DNA of 31,845 nucleotides, taken from IMG/VR virus record IMGVR_UViG_3300020045_002087, positions 1 through 31,845 of that record. The stretch is one strand, 5' to 3'. Of the stretch, positions 24,271 to 31,844 are shown in pieces (the first letter of the stretch is position 1; each line of letters opens with the position of its first letter). Made by a program: the position numbers and the translations under genes. The DNA is from a virus. Its lineage: Duplodnaviria; Caudoviricetes. Under the pieces are notes generated by a model, which was not told the origin of the DNA, did not search any database, and worked only from the letters and a program-made list of their open reading frames with translations.

Positions 24271-24563
24271 ATTCCGTCTCCGTCCCCTACGCATAGACCT
24301 ACACCATAGTCGTTCATGCGTAGCAATTGAGTATCGTCATCTCCACGGCTTTTCAGGTGTAGGGTGGTCGATTGGCCGTGGCACTCATCTACATCAAACA
24401 GGCTGACTTCACCTGCCGATATGGGAGTTGATTCTGCACTAAATGCCTCACGCAGCAAAGGGATTAAGGCTTCAGCCACGGATGAATGCACCAGCAGTGC
24501 AGGAAAGACAACGGGAATGTCCATGCACAGCTTGCCATGCACCCGGAAGACGATGTATTTCAT
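24267..24563 (-). CDS. Hypothetical protein, MKYIVF paralog 1
   Basis: MKYIVF..FP..LVH..VAE..PISAG..C.G.S. Confidence 0.75.
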   Translation of the reverse strand: MKYIVFRVHGKLCMDIPVVFPALLVHSSVAEALIPLLREAFSAESTPISAGEVSLFDVDECHGQSTTLHLKSRGDDDTQLLRMNDYGVGLCVGDGDGI

Positions 24564-24817
24564 GTCCCGGTCACCAGCTTGTAGGCTTTCTCCGTCAGGC
24601 CCCGCCATTGATGGGAGGGGTGGCGTCCAAAGATGGTCGGGTAATTGGAACCACGATAGGGGCACCACTCGTTACCATCCCAGTACCGGCGATTGCCTAT
24701 GATCTTCATGTTTCCCAAGCGGGGGAATCCCGGCTCGTTCCTTACCTCGTACTCACCGGGCAGATCGGGCATGATCTCGGCGCTGATCCAATCTGTTCTG
24801 CTGGCATCGGTCGTCAT
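24560..24817 (-). CDS. Hypothetical Trp-rich phage protein
   Basis: PGEYEV..RYWDG..W..WRGL. Confidence 0.7.
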   Translation of the reverse strand: MTTDASRTDWISAEIMPDLPGEYEVRNEPGFPRLGNMKIIGNRRYWDGNEWCPYRGSNYPTIFGRHPSHQWRGLTEKAYKLVTGT

Positions 24818-25044
24818 GATTGCCCCTTCAGTGCCAGTGCTTTGTTCCGCTCTGCCTTGCGTTGCCGTTTGGCCTCGGCAGCGGACTGGGTGGCGCTATC
24901 GTCACGGGCACCTTGCCGCCGATTTACCCTGTGAAGGAAGACGGTCATCCCGCTACCAAAAGCCGCATCACGCATGTGGGTGAGTGCCTTGCCCTCCAGC
25001 TTTCCCTCTGGATCGGTTTTTCTAGCCTGCCTCTTCGACCTCAT
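24814..25044 (-). CDS. Hypothetical basic protein
   Basis: GAGGAG SD. Confidence 0.65.
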   Translation of the reverse strand: MRSKRQARKTDPEGKLEGKALTHMRDAAFGSGMTVFLHRVNRRQGARDDSATQSAAEAKRQRKAERNKALALKGQS

Positions 25045-25054
25045 GACTTCTCCT

Positions 25055-25132
25055 CTAACTCAGTGCCATCAAAATGATAACTGCCAAGAGCACGTACCAA
25101 AAGACCTCTCGGTAGGTGCCCACACGTTGCAT
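25055..25132 (-). CDS. 25-aa single-TM peptide (not in ORF track)
   Basis: MQRVGTYREVFWYVLLAVIILMALS. Confidence 0.45.
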   Translation of the reverse strand: MQRVGTYREVFWYVLLAVIILMALS

Positions 25133-25143
25133 CAATGCCCTAC

Positions 25144-25476
25144 TCATTTCTTCAACTCCATCAGATCAAATACGATCTTCCTCATGTCCTCCAGATGGGA
25201 CTTGGTTGCCGACAACTCACCGGGGCTACCTACGTCGGTCGGGCGCACACCTGAATTCCACAACTCGTTCATCAGGGAGGTGGCCGACTCGTAGGTCAGT
25301 TCCATCATCGGGGGTATCTCCATCCCCTCCGTGCCATCCTCTGGGACAACCACGGTGAAGGGTTGCACGACCCCATCCTTGCTGCCGTTGGTTCCCTTGA
25401 TATGCCCATACACCCGAAACGCCTTGTGCATGATGTCTTTGTTCGCCCAGAACTCCAAGCCCTTGAATACCATCAC
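25144..25476 (-). CDS. Hypothetical protein
   Basis: GGAGG SD; LMNELWNSGVRPT...HLEDMRKIVF. Confidence 0.75.
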   Translation of the reverse strand: MMVFKGLEFWANKDIMHKAFRVYGHIKGTNGSKDGVVQPFTVVVPEDGTEGMEIPPMMELTYESATSLMNELWNSGVRPTDVGSPGELSATKSHLEDMRKIVFDLMELKK

Positions 25477-25859
25477 CCCCTCCTGTCGGTCATTGTCCTG
25501 CGGTCATCGGGGTAGTCTTCGCCTATGGCGTCTTGCAGGAAGCGGCGCTCCCAGTTGTCGGCCCTGCGTCTGCGAAGGGCGGTGTCCTTGTCCAATCCGA
25601 TCAGGGAATGGGACTTGACCTTGGCCTCCATAAAGGTGATTGCGCGTCTTACGTGGGCTGGCTTGTGGTTGAGGTATCGGGCATTCAGGGCGGCTATCTC
25701 CGCGACCAAGACACCCACCGAGAACGGTACGATCAGGATCACGTTGCGCCACACCTTCTGACAATCAGGGCACTTGTGCTGCTCGATATGCACTATCCCT
25801 ACAACTAGGCGCATTACGCCTGTGCTTCTCCCACAAAACGGACAATCAACCATGGTCAC
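25473..25859 (-). CDS. Hypothetical protein with N-terminal Zn ribbon
   Basis: CPFCG...CPDC. Confidence 0.65.
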   Translation of the reverse strand: MTMVDCPFCGRSTGVMRLVVGIVHIEQHKCPDCQKVWRNVILIVPFSVGVLVAEIAALNARYLNHKPAHVRRAITFMEAKVKSHSLIGLDKDTALRRRRADNWERRFLQDAIGEDYPDDRRTMTDRRG

Positions 25860-26191
25860 TCCCTCAATCCCAACTCACTCAACGTGGCATACACCACTGG
25901 CTTATCCGCTCTCTTCGGGCTGTCTAGGCGCACCTTGTAAAGGTCGTCGGATAAAGCTGCCTTGTTACTGCTTCCTTGTATCAGCAGTTCTATCACCCCT
26001 GTGTCGCCACCCTTGGCAATGAATCTCCAAGGAGCCACCTTATGTGCAATTAGCTGCACAGGAGTCCCGATTTCCAATACGTCCCAAGTGACCAGAGGAA
26101 GCCCCCTAACCGCTTGGATGCCTATAGGCAAAAGCCCCACATCTTGCAGGGCCTTGCGATTCGACAGGATGGATCGTATCGACTTGAACAC
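25856..26191 (-). CDS. Hypothetical protein
   Basis: Probable GTG start just after the upstream stop. Confidence 0.55.
   Translation of the reverse strand: MFKSIRSILSNRKALQDVGLLPIGIQAVRGLPLVTWDVLEIGTPVQLIAHKVAPWRFIAKGGDTGVIELLIQGSSNKAALSDDLYKVRLDSPKRADKPVVYATLSELGLRE
26045..26058. repeat. 14-bp palindrome copy (intragenic)
   Basis: TGCAATTAGCTGCA. Confidence 0.55.
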
Positions 26192-26192
26192 G

Positions 26193-26393
26193 CTAGACCT
26201 TGATGAACTGCTTCTCGAATTCGGCCTTGTCCATGTTCTGGATCGAGATGATCTCCTTCTCGCCCACAACCTTGTGGTACTGGACATCCATCTCCCCGAA
26301 GCGCCCTTGCTGGAGGCTTCGGATTTCGGCCACTGCCTTGTAGGATTCGGCGGTGTCGGCCTTCTTTACGAAATACGGATACTGGGTGGTCAT
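26193..26393 (-). CDS. Small protein, DUF1653-like
   Basis: YKAVA...VQY...EFEKQF. Confidence 0.6.
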   Translation of the reverse strand: MTTQYPYFVKKADTAESYKAVAEIRSLQQGRFGEMDVQYHKVVGEKEIISIQNMDKAEFEKQFIKV

Positions 26394-26623
26394 TGCTGAT
26401 CCTCCTGTTGGTGCTGCGGTTGAACAACCTTAGTGAATTTGATCTCGAACTCTTCCTTCTCCCGGCAGAAGCTATCATCCGGTACGCCCCGTGTGTGGTA
26501 GAGCATCATTACCTGCCCTGCCTTTGCGGAGTTGGTGCAATTAATGGACTCGCCCACAACGGTGTAATGTTGCCCGGTCTTATTGTTCTTCACCGGGTAG
26601 CGGTCTGCTCGTTTGTACATCAT
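26390..26623 (-). CDS. Small protein, DUF1653-like
   Basis: KTGQHYTVV...MMLY...FCREKEEFEIKF. Confidence 0.65.
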   Translation of the reverse strand: MMYKRADRYPVKNNKTGQHYTVVGESINCTNSAKAGQVMMLYHTRGVPDDSFCREKEEFEIKFTKVVQPQHQQEDQQ

Positions 26624-26850
26624 GGCTTCATCTCCCTGCAAATCTGCTTACCATCCCGCCCATACCGTGGGCTGAAGTCATTGTGCCGCAGGTACTCGCA
26701 CCCTGTTTCCGCATCCACCCAGATATGAGCCACCCTTATGGGACTGATGGCACTGGGCCTCTCCTTGGACTCGGCATGGGTGGAACCGATCATTACTCCC
26801 GCCAACAATGCTACAGCCGCCAGCAGTAGCGCCCTCCCCCACTCGCTCAT
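26620..26850 (-). CDS. Membrane-anchored small protein (DUF6440-like)
   Basis: TM helix plus VDAETGCEYL...PRY..DGKQIC. Confidence 0.7.
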   Translation of the reverse strand: MSEWGRALLLAAVALLAGVMIGSTHAESKERPSAISPIRVAHIWVDAETGCEYLRHNDFSPRYGRDGKQICREMKP

Positions 26851-27395
26851 GGCTTGATCTCCTCGATCTCCCAGCAGCGAACACGCACGATGTCTTGGAT
26901 ACGGGGAGTGTCCATCTTCATCTCGTACAGGCGGTAACGCTCTGGGTCTTCATCGGTGAGGGCACCACCCGTGGGAGGCCAGCTTTTCACGATCACGCCT
27001 GTGTCCCCGGTTTGGTATTGCTTCAACCACGAGAACAGGTCGTTGGTGATGCGGACTGGGGTGCCGTCATGGAGGTACTGTGCGGCCTTTTTGCCGAGCT
27101 TTTTGGGCTGGCTGATAGGTGGGGTAGGGTCAGCCTCCCCAAGGCCAACAGCATCTAATGCGTCCTTCTGGCGTTGGGTCATTTCCTCGACCGGCGCTGC
27201 TACGGGTTTGGCCGTATCCGTACTGGCGGGGTTCTTCTTGACGCCGAAGATCAGCTTCTTCTTGGCGAGTACGGCATCCGTGGCCGCATAGATTTCCTGA
27301 GAGATTTGGGCCGGGGACTTGCCCTTGCCCAACACGATGACCTTCTTTTGTGCGGGGGGTGTTTCGGCTGGTTTCTTGATCAACGTTATTGCCAT
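26847..27395 (-). CDS. Hypothetical Lys/Pro-rich protein with C-terminal SH3-like domain
   Basis: AAGGAG SD; GTPVRI..GDTGVIV..YEMKMD. Confidence 0.75.
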   Translation of the reverse strand: MAITLIKKPAETPPAQKKVIVLGKGKSPAQISQEIYAATDAVLAKKKLIFGVKKNPASTDTAKPVAAPVEEMTQRQKDALDAVGLGEADPTPPISQPKKLGKKAAQYLHDGTPVRITNDLFSWLKQYQTGDTGVIVKSWPPTGGALTDEDPERYRLYEMKMDTPRIQDIVRVRCWEIEEIKP

Positions 27396-27570
27396 TTTGA
27401 ATCTCCTTGAAAGGGACGCACCACACGCGGGTCGTACCTACCTTTACTCGTTTGAACTGTTGCTCTGCTTTGGTAGTGCATTCTGCCTTGTTGGGCATCA
27501 CCACTGTCTCGATGCTCGGCCTGTAGTGAGGGAAGGCCGACAGGTAGGCGATGACCAACAGGTGCTTCAC
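27130..27570 (-). CDS. Hypothetical protein; only the first ~55 aa look genuine
   Basis: GTGA coupling; C...C-V-P small-protein pattern; the rest overlaps the next gene. Confidence 0.5.
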   Translation of the reverse strand: MKHLLVIAYLSAFPHYRPSIETVVMPNKAECTTKAEQQFKRVKVGTTRVWCVPFKEIQNGNNVDQETSRNTPRTKEGHRVGQGQVPGPNLSGNLCGHGCRTRQEEADLRRQEEPRQYGYGQTRSSAGRGNDPTPEGRIRCCWPWGG

Positions 27571-28031
27571 TGCAAGCCACCCATAGTGGGCATCTCCGAC
27601 AGATCAAACGAATGCCCATACTGTGGAGGGGGCGGGAGGGGTTGGGTACTCGCCCTCATGGCTTTCCGCAACTGGCCCACATGGGAATGAACCTCCCCCA
27701 GAAGGTCGGACACCTGCATGGAGTAGATCGAGTTCAAGAGGTTCTGCATTTGGGTCGTCTTGCCCTGTGACTGGGTTCGGGCATAGGACATCAAGCTGGT
27801 GGTCAGGGCCTCCAGATCATGAAGCCGGTCATCGTTCATGAGGCGCACACACAAGGCCCCAATCGCCACGAAAGCATCTGCCCCCTCCGGGCCATCGAGT
27901 AGCTCCTTCAGGTGGGTGAAAGCCGCAAACTGGTTATCGTTATAGCGGCGGATCATGTCCTCGCCCATGGCCTTCATCTTGCAGGTGGGGGCTTCATCAC
28001 AGGAAGCACAATCATGTCCGGGTAGCATCAC
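27567..28031 (-). CDS. Hypothetical protein
   Basis: N-terminal CASC....C; coupled. Confidence 0.7.
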   Translation of the reverse strand: MMLPGHDCASCDEAPTCKMKAMGEDMIRRYNDNQFAAFTHLKELLDGPEGADAFVAIGALCVRLMNDDRLHDLEALTTSLMSYARTQSQGKTTQMQNLLNSIYSMQVSDLLGEVHSHVGQLRKAMRASTQPLPPPPQYGHSFDLSEMPTMGGLQ

Positions 28032-28354
28032 TTGGCCTTGAGTTCAAAGGTGTCAGCGGCGGCGTGTTCGATGCCCACATAGCGGCGGGTCACTGTGCCA
28101 TCCTTGGAGAGGGCGAAGGTCTCGATCTTCCAAGTGTTGTCCGGGTAGCGGGGGTTCAGCGGGATGCCAATGCCGGTCACGGACAGGCCATTGGTGCCCA
28201 GCCCCGAATTGGTGACGACGATCTGGCCCACTGTGTAGGGGCACGTCTGCTCTGCTGCCTTCTGGAGCAATTCTGTGCGGGTCTGGTTCTGCTCTTCGAT
28301 CTTGCGATCCAACAAGCGGACATCTTCAAAGATTGATGCTGTGCTGAGGCTCAT
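28028..28354 (-). CDS. Hypothetical protein
   Basis: AGGAG SD; CPYTVGQIV. Confidence 0.75.
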   Translation of the reverse strand: MSLSTASIFEDVRLLDRKIEEQNQTRTELLQKAAEQTCPYTVGQIVVTNSGLGTNGLSVTGIGIPLNPRYPDNTWKIETFALSKDGTVTRRYVGIEHAAADTFELKAK

Positions 28355-28362
28355 GGCTTCTC

Positions 28363-28614
28363 CTATTGAACGAACTTGAGGGTGAATAACTTCTGGGCTG
28401 CTTCGATGCAGTCTGGGATTGCCTTACCGATGGACTTGTAGAAAGTGGGATGCACGATGCACTCGTAGCCCAAGGAGAGGATTGCCCGTTCCTGCTGGGT
28501 CATCCCGATCCTGAAGTCCTTCACCACCCGCAGTGCTTCTTTGATTTTGCCTGCCTTGAAGGCTTGCACTGCTTTGGCGGTTTGTGATTGAGCCTTACTG
28601 AGTGAGTCTTGCAT
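28363..28614 (-). CDS. Conserved small phage protein
   Basis: KEALRVVKDFRIG...GYECIVHPTFYKSIG; first gene after P10. Confidence 0.75.
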   Translation of the reverse strand: MQDSLSKAQSQTAKAVQAFKAGKIKEALRVVKDFRIGMTQQERAILSLGYECIVHPTFYKSIGKAIPDCIEAAQKLFTLKFVQ

Positions 28615-28617
28615 GGT

Positions 28618-28629
28618 GCCCTCCTTGGC
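28618..28629 (-). promoter_or_regulatory. SD hairpin (CsrA/RsmA-type site)
   Basis: GCC-AAGGAG-GGC. Confidence 0.65.
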
Positions 28630-28650
28630 GTTGTTTGATTCGATGTAGCT

Positions 28651-28678
28651 ATCTTACCCGATTTCAAAAGTTTGTCAA
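28651..28678 (-). promoter_or_regulatory. Repeated sigma70-like promoter P10
   Basis: TTGACA-AACTTTTGAAATCGGG-TAAGAT. Confidence 0.85.
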
Positions 28679-28687
28679 TAGCCCTGA

Positions 28688-28701
28688 TGCAGTTAATTGC
28701 A
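28688..28701. repeat. 14-bp palindrome/operator upstream of the P10 -35
   Basis: TGCAGTTAATTGCA. Confidence 0.75.
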
Positions 28702-28703
28702 TT

Positions 28704-29393
28704 TTATTTCACCACGATTCTTAGTGCGTGTAACAGTTCCGCCTTCTCGACCCCGCATTCGACACCTCGTAGCCGGGCAAGTGCTTCTACCCCGTTCAGG
28801 CCGATGAGAGAGATTCCTTCACGCATCTGGGAGGCGTACTTCGACAGGGCCTCCACCTTCAGTGCCCATTGAGCGGTTACATCCACATAGACACCTCCTC
28901 GGTTCTGGCCTTCAGTGCCCCAGAAGGATTGAGGGTATTCATAGGCTGCTACCACGGAGGGCTGGTGCTTGGCGATACTCGGTCTGGTGGCCGCTATGCC
29001 CACCTCCCAGCAATACTTGTGGTCTTGGTGGCTGGAGGGTGTGGGGATCAGGACTTCATCAGGCTTGAACTCATCCTGTATCCGGTCAAGGGCTGCGACC
29101 ATCTCCCCCATAGGGAACATGTTCAGTCTTGAGTCGAAGCCGGGGGCGATGATCTCGAACTGCTGGACACCGAGAACCTTGAGGGATTCGATGAATTCCT
29201 TCTCCCGAGTGCAAGCGGAGACCTCGGCCTGTCTGTGAAGGAACTGGATAGACCCTATGGTTGCCAAGGCGACGAAGACCTCCCCGCCTTCTTCGATGAC
29301 TTTGGCGATGTAGCCCCCGCACCCGATCTCCATATCATCGGCGTGAGGAGACAACACCAATACCCGCTTACCGCGCTGTGCTAATCGGTTCAT
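28704..29393 (-). CDS. PIG-L/LmbE family N-deacetylase
   Basis: SPHADDMEIGCGG, R..E, HQDH, K..AL..Y.SQ. Confidence 0.9.
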   Translation of the reverse strand: MNRLAQRGKRVLVLSPHADDMEIGCGGYIAKVIEEGGEVFVALATIGSIQFLHRQAEVSACTREKEFIESLKVLGVQQFEIIAPGFDSRLNMFPMGEMVAALDRIQDEFKPDEVLIPTPSSHQDHKYCWEVGIAATRPSIAKHQPSVVAAYEYPQSFWGTEGQNRGGVYVDVTAQWALKVEALSKYASQMREGISLIGLNGVEALARLRGVECGVEKAELLHALRIVVK

Positions 29394-31315
29394 GCTTGTT
29401 CTCCTTGTAGATTATCCTTGGCCTTGTTCAGCGTGTCCTTGATCGACTGGGGCACGTTGGCTATAGACACGTTATGCAGTGCCCAGATTTCCCTTCTCGT
29501 GGTCAGCCCATAGACCACCCCTGCGAGGGCGTCTGAGATGTCCTTACTGGAGTGGGCCGGGTGGTCGATCTTGTTCTTCTTCGTGTCCTTCTCCAATGAG
29601 GCTAGTTCCTTCTGGAGTTTGGCATGCTCCGGGATACTGAGCCGCCCATCATAGAGAGCATTCTTCACGAAGTCATACGGGGCGGTCGTCGTGTCGATGG
29701 ACTGGTAGCCCACAACGAAGCCCTTCTGTTTGAGCAACTGCATTGTGTCTCTGCTCTGGAAGGAGTCAAGCGTCACCCACTTGATGTTTAGGCCCATCTT
29801 CTTGAGGGCGTACAGCACCTCTCGAATCTTGTAGAAGAGGATTTCTCCCCCCTTAGGCGGCTTCACCTCTAGGGCTACGTCTATCCAGATGTCCGGGAGC
29901 AATTCCTGCCCACCTCCCCGATCAACGTTCTTGAAGCCTCTGGCCGTTCCTATGCAAACGCCTGCACTGTCCCCGCTGATTGCCAAGTCGATATGGGCGA
30001 ACCTTGGGAGTTCTGGCTTGAAGAGCTTCTTGGGGAATATCTCTACCTTCGTATCCACGAAATCGACAGTGTTTCGCCCAAAGGCAATGAAGTCCTTCCG
30101 CATTGATCGGGAGATACTGTCACGGTCTTGGATGAACGGATGGGTAGCCAACGTACTTACACCGGCAATATCCCGCAATGAGTTCATGATGTCCTGTTCA
30201 AACTCAAGGCGGTACTCCTCCGGTATCTGCATTATCAGGTGCAGATCGTTGAGGGCTACGTCTTCCTTCTCCTCTAGGATACGGGGGCGGCGGGATTCAT
30301 CGCCAATGAACAGGCTGAACCAGTTGCCAGAGAATGAGCCTTCTGGCTTGATGTCCCATGTGCGCTTGTCGTAGATGTAGATGGTGGTCTTGCCATACAA
30401 GTCCAACTCTCCCTTAGCGTCCTCTTCCTTCTTGTCCGTGAATTGGCCGGGGAACCGTTTGGATGACACCAAGCACAACAGGCCGGGGAGCTTACCCGCC
30501 TGCATAAAGCGGGACTTCCTTCGCCGTGCAATGCTGTTGTAGAGCGCCACAGCCTGATCGTAGGAGCCTCCATCCACACTAGCCTTAGACTTCTCGATCA
30601 GGGCCATGAAGTTCATTTCATCAATCACGCCCCCAATCACGTTCTGGCCGATTGCCCCTGTCTCGGAGCCTGACACTGGCTTCACGATGATTCGGTTGGG
30701 GAAGCGCAACTCGCTTAGGATGTCCTTCTGGAACGGGAAGTGTTCCTTGAAGTAATCACTCTTCTCGATCATTGCCTTGAAGCGTTCGTAATCCACTGCC
30801 TTGGCGAGGGCCGCGTTGATGGACTGGAACACGAACAGGATTTCAGAACTGGGATCGAGGCCGAACAGGGCGTGAGGGTTCTTGTAGCAGGACAACAGAT
30901 ACAACTGGTAGGCAGTGCTGTACAGGGCAATGGTGGATTTGCCCGTACCAATGGCCCCTGTCAATACCGCTTCTTGGTAGTCCCCACTGTTGATGTCCTC
31001 CATGCACTTCATCACCTCAGGGTACATCACCCCTTTGGCGTTCATGAAATACTTGTCCTCGATAAACTTCTTCACGGAGACCGGCTTGCAGCGCATCTCT
31101 AGGCCACGGGACATCGGGGATTTGCCCTTTCCCTGCTTACGCATGTGCTCCACCTGAGCGACCATGACCTTGTACCACGCGATCCTGTCGTCCGTCTTGG
31201 TGAAGCTGCTGGCGGTCTGGAGTGCTGCCTCTGCTGCGGCAGTCCCCAAGGCGAGGGTGAGGTAATTCCGGGCTGCTGCCTCTACTACCTGAAGACTAGA
31301 GTGAAGGGATGTCAT
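29390..31315 (-). CDS. terL: Terminase large subunit
   Basis: Walker A GAIGTGKS, Walker B VIDEMN, nuclease HIDLA..GD and KIDHP...KDISDALAG. Confidence 0.9.
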   Translation of the reverse strand: MTSLHSSLQVVEAAARNYLTLALGTAAAEAALQTASSFTKTDDRIAWYKVMVAQVEHMRKQGKGKSPMSRGLEMRCKPVSVKKFIEDKYFMNAKGVMYPEVMKCMEDINSGDYQEAVLTGAIGTGKSTIALYSTAYQLYLLSCYKNPHALFGLDPSSEILFVFQSINAALAKAVDYERFKAMIEKSDYFKEHFPFQKDILSELRFPNRIIVKPVSGSETGAIGQNVIGGVIDEMNFMALIEKSKASVDGGSYDQAVALYNSIARRRKSRFMQAGKLPGLLCLVSSKRFPGQFTDKKEEDAKGELDLYGKTTIYIYDKRTWDIKPEGSFSGNWFSLFIGDESRRPRILEEKEDVALNDLHLIMQIPEEYRLEFEQDIMNSLRDIAGVSTLATHPFIQDRDSISRSMRKDFIAFGRNTVDFVDTKVEIFPKKLFKPELPRFAHIDLAISGDSAGVCIGTARGFKNVDRGGGQELLPDIWIDVALEVKPPKGGEILFYKIREVLYALKKMGLNIKWVTLDSFQSRDTMQLLKQKGFVVGYQSIDTTTAPYDFVKNALYDGRLSIPEHAKLQKELASLEKDTKKNKIDHPAHSSKDISDALAGVVYGLTTRREIWALHNVSIANVPQSIKDTLNKAKDNLQGEQA

Positions 31316-31844
31316 GATCCTTCTCCACTTCAAACTCTTCCAGCACCTTCATGAATGCCTGTGCAGCCACCTCCATCTGGTGCGAGGATTCCTGCTCTGC
31401 GATCACATGCGACTTGCCCTCGGATTCCACCGTAGTGATCCCGCCTTCCTTGCTGATCTTGGTCACCTGAGGCACACGACGCAGGGTGCCCAAGTCGAAG
31501 GACAGTTCTGCATACTGCTGCACGAAGCCCCCCAACGTCTTGAGTTCCCCACCCATGGAGCCGAACAGCATGGGCATGTCCTTCTCACGCTTGTACAGCT
31601 TGGACACCCGAGCCTTTTGGACGGTGATCAACTCGGCCACTTCCTTCAGAACGTCGAATTGCTCAATCGCCTCGGCAATGAGCTTGACCTTGCTGTCTTC
31701 CCGCATCAATTCCGCACGAACGGCTATGGTTTTGTCGATGACCTCCCACTTGTACCTGTTCAGGTACTTCCTGAGGGGGTTGTCGGAGAGGTCTTTGAAC
31801 ACGCCCCAGCCTTGTTGCAGCGTAAAGATGATGTCGGTGATCGA
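31296..31844 (-). CDS. Putative terminase small subunit (5' end off window)
   Basis: Helical protein directly upstream of terL; frame open to the window edge; positional inference only. Confidence 0.5.
   Translation of the reverse strand, partial: SITDIIFTLQQGWGVFKDLSDNPLRKYLNRYKWEVIDKTIAVRAELMREDSKVKLIAEAIEQFDVLKEVAELITVQKARVSKLYKREKDMPMLFGSMGGELKTLGGFVQQYAELSFDLGTLRRVPQVTKISKEGGITTVESEGKSHVIAEQESSHQMEVAAQAFMKVLEEFEVEKDHDIPSL

Noticed and set aside
21018-26549. Partial palindrome matches at 21018-21031 and 26536-26549
   Set aside because: Three or more mismatches, with only one good half-site; not counted.
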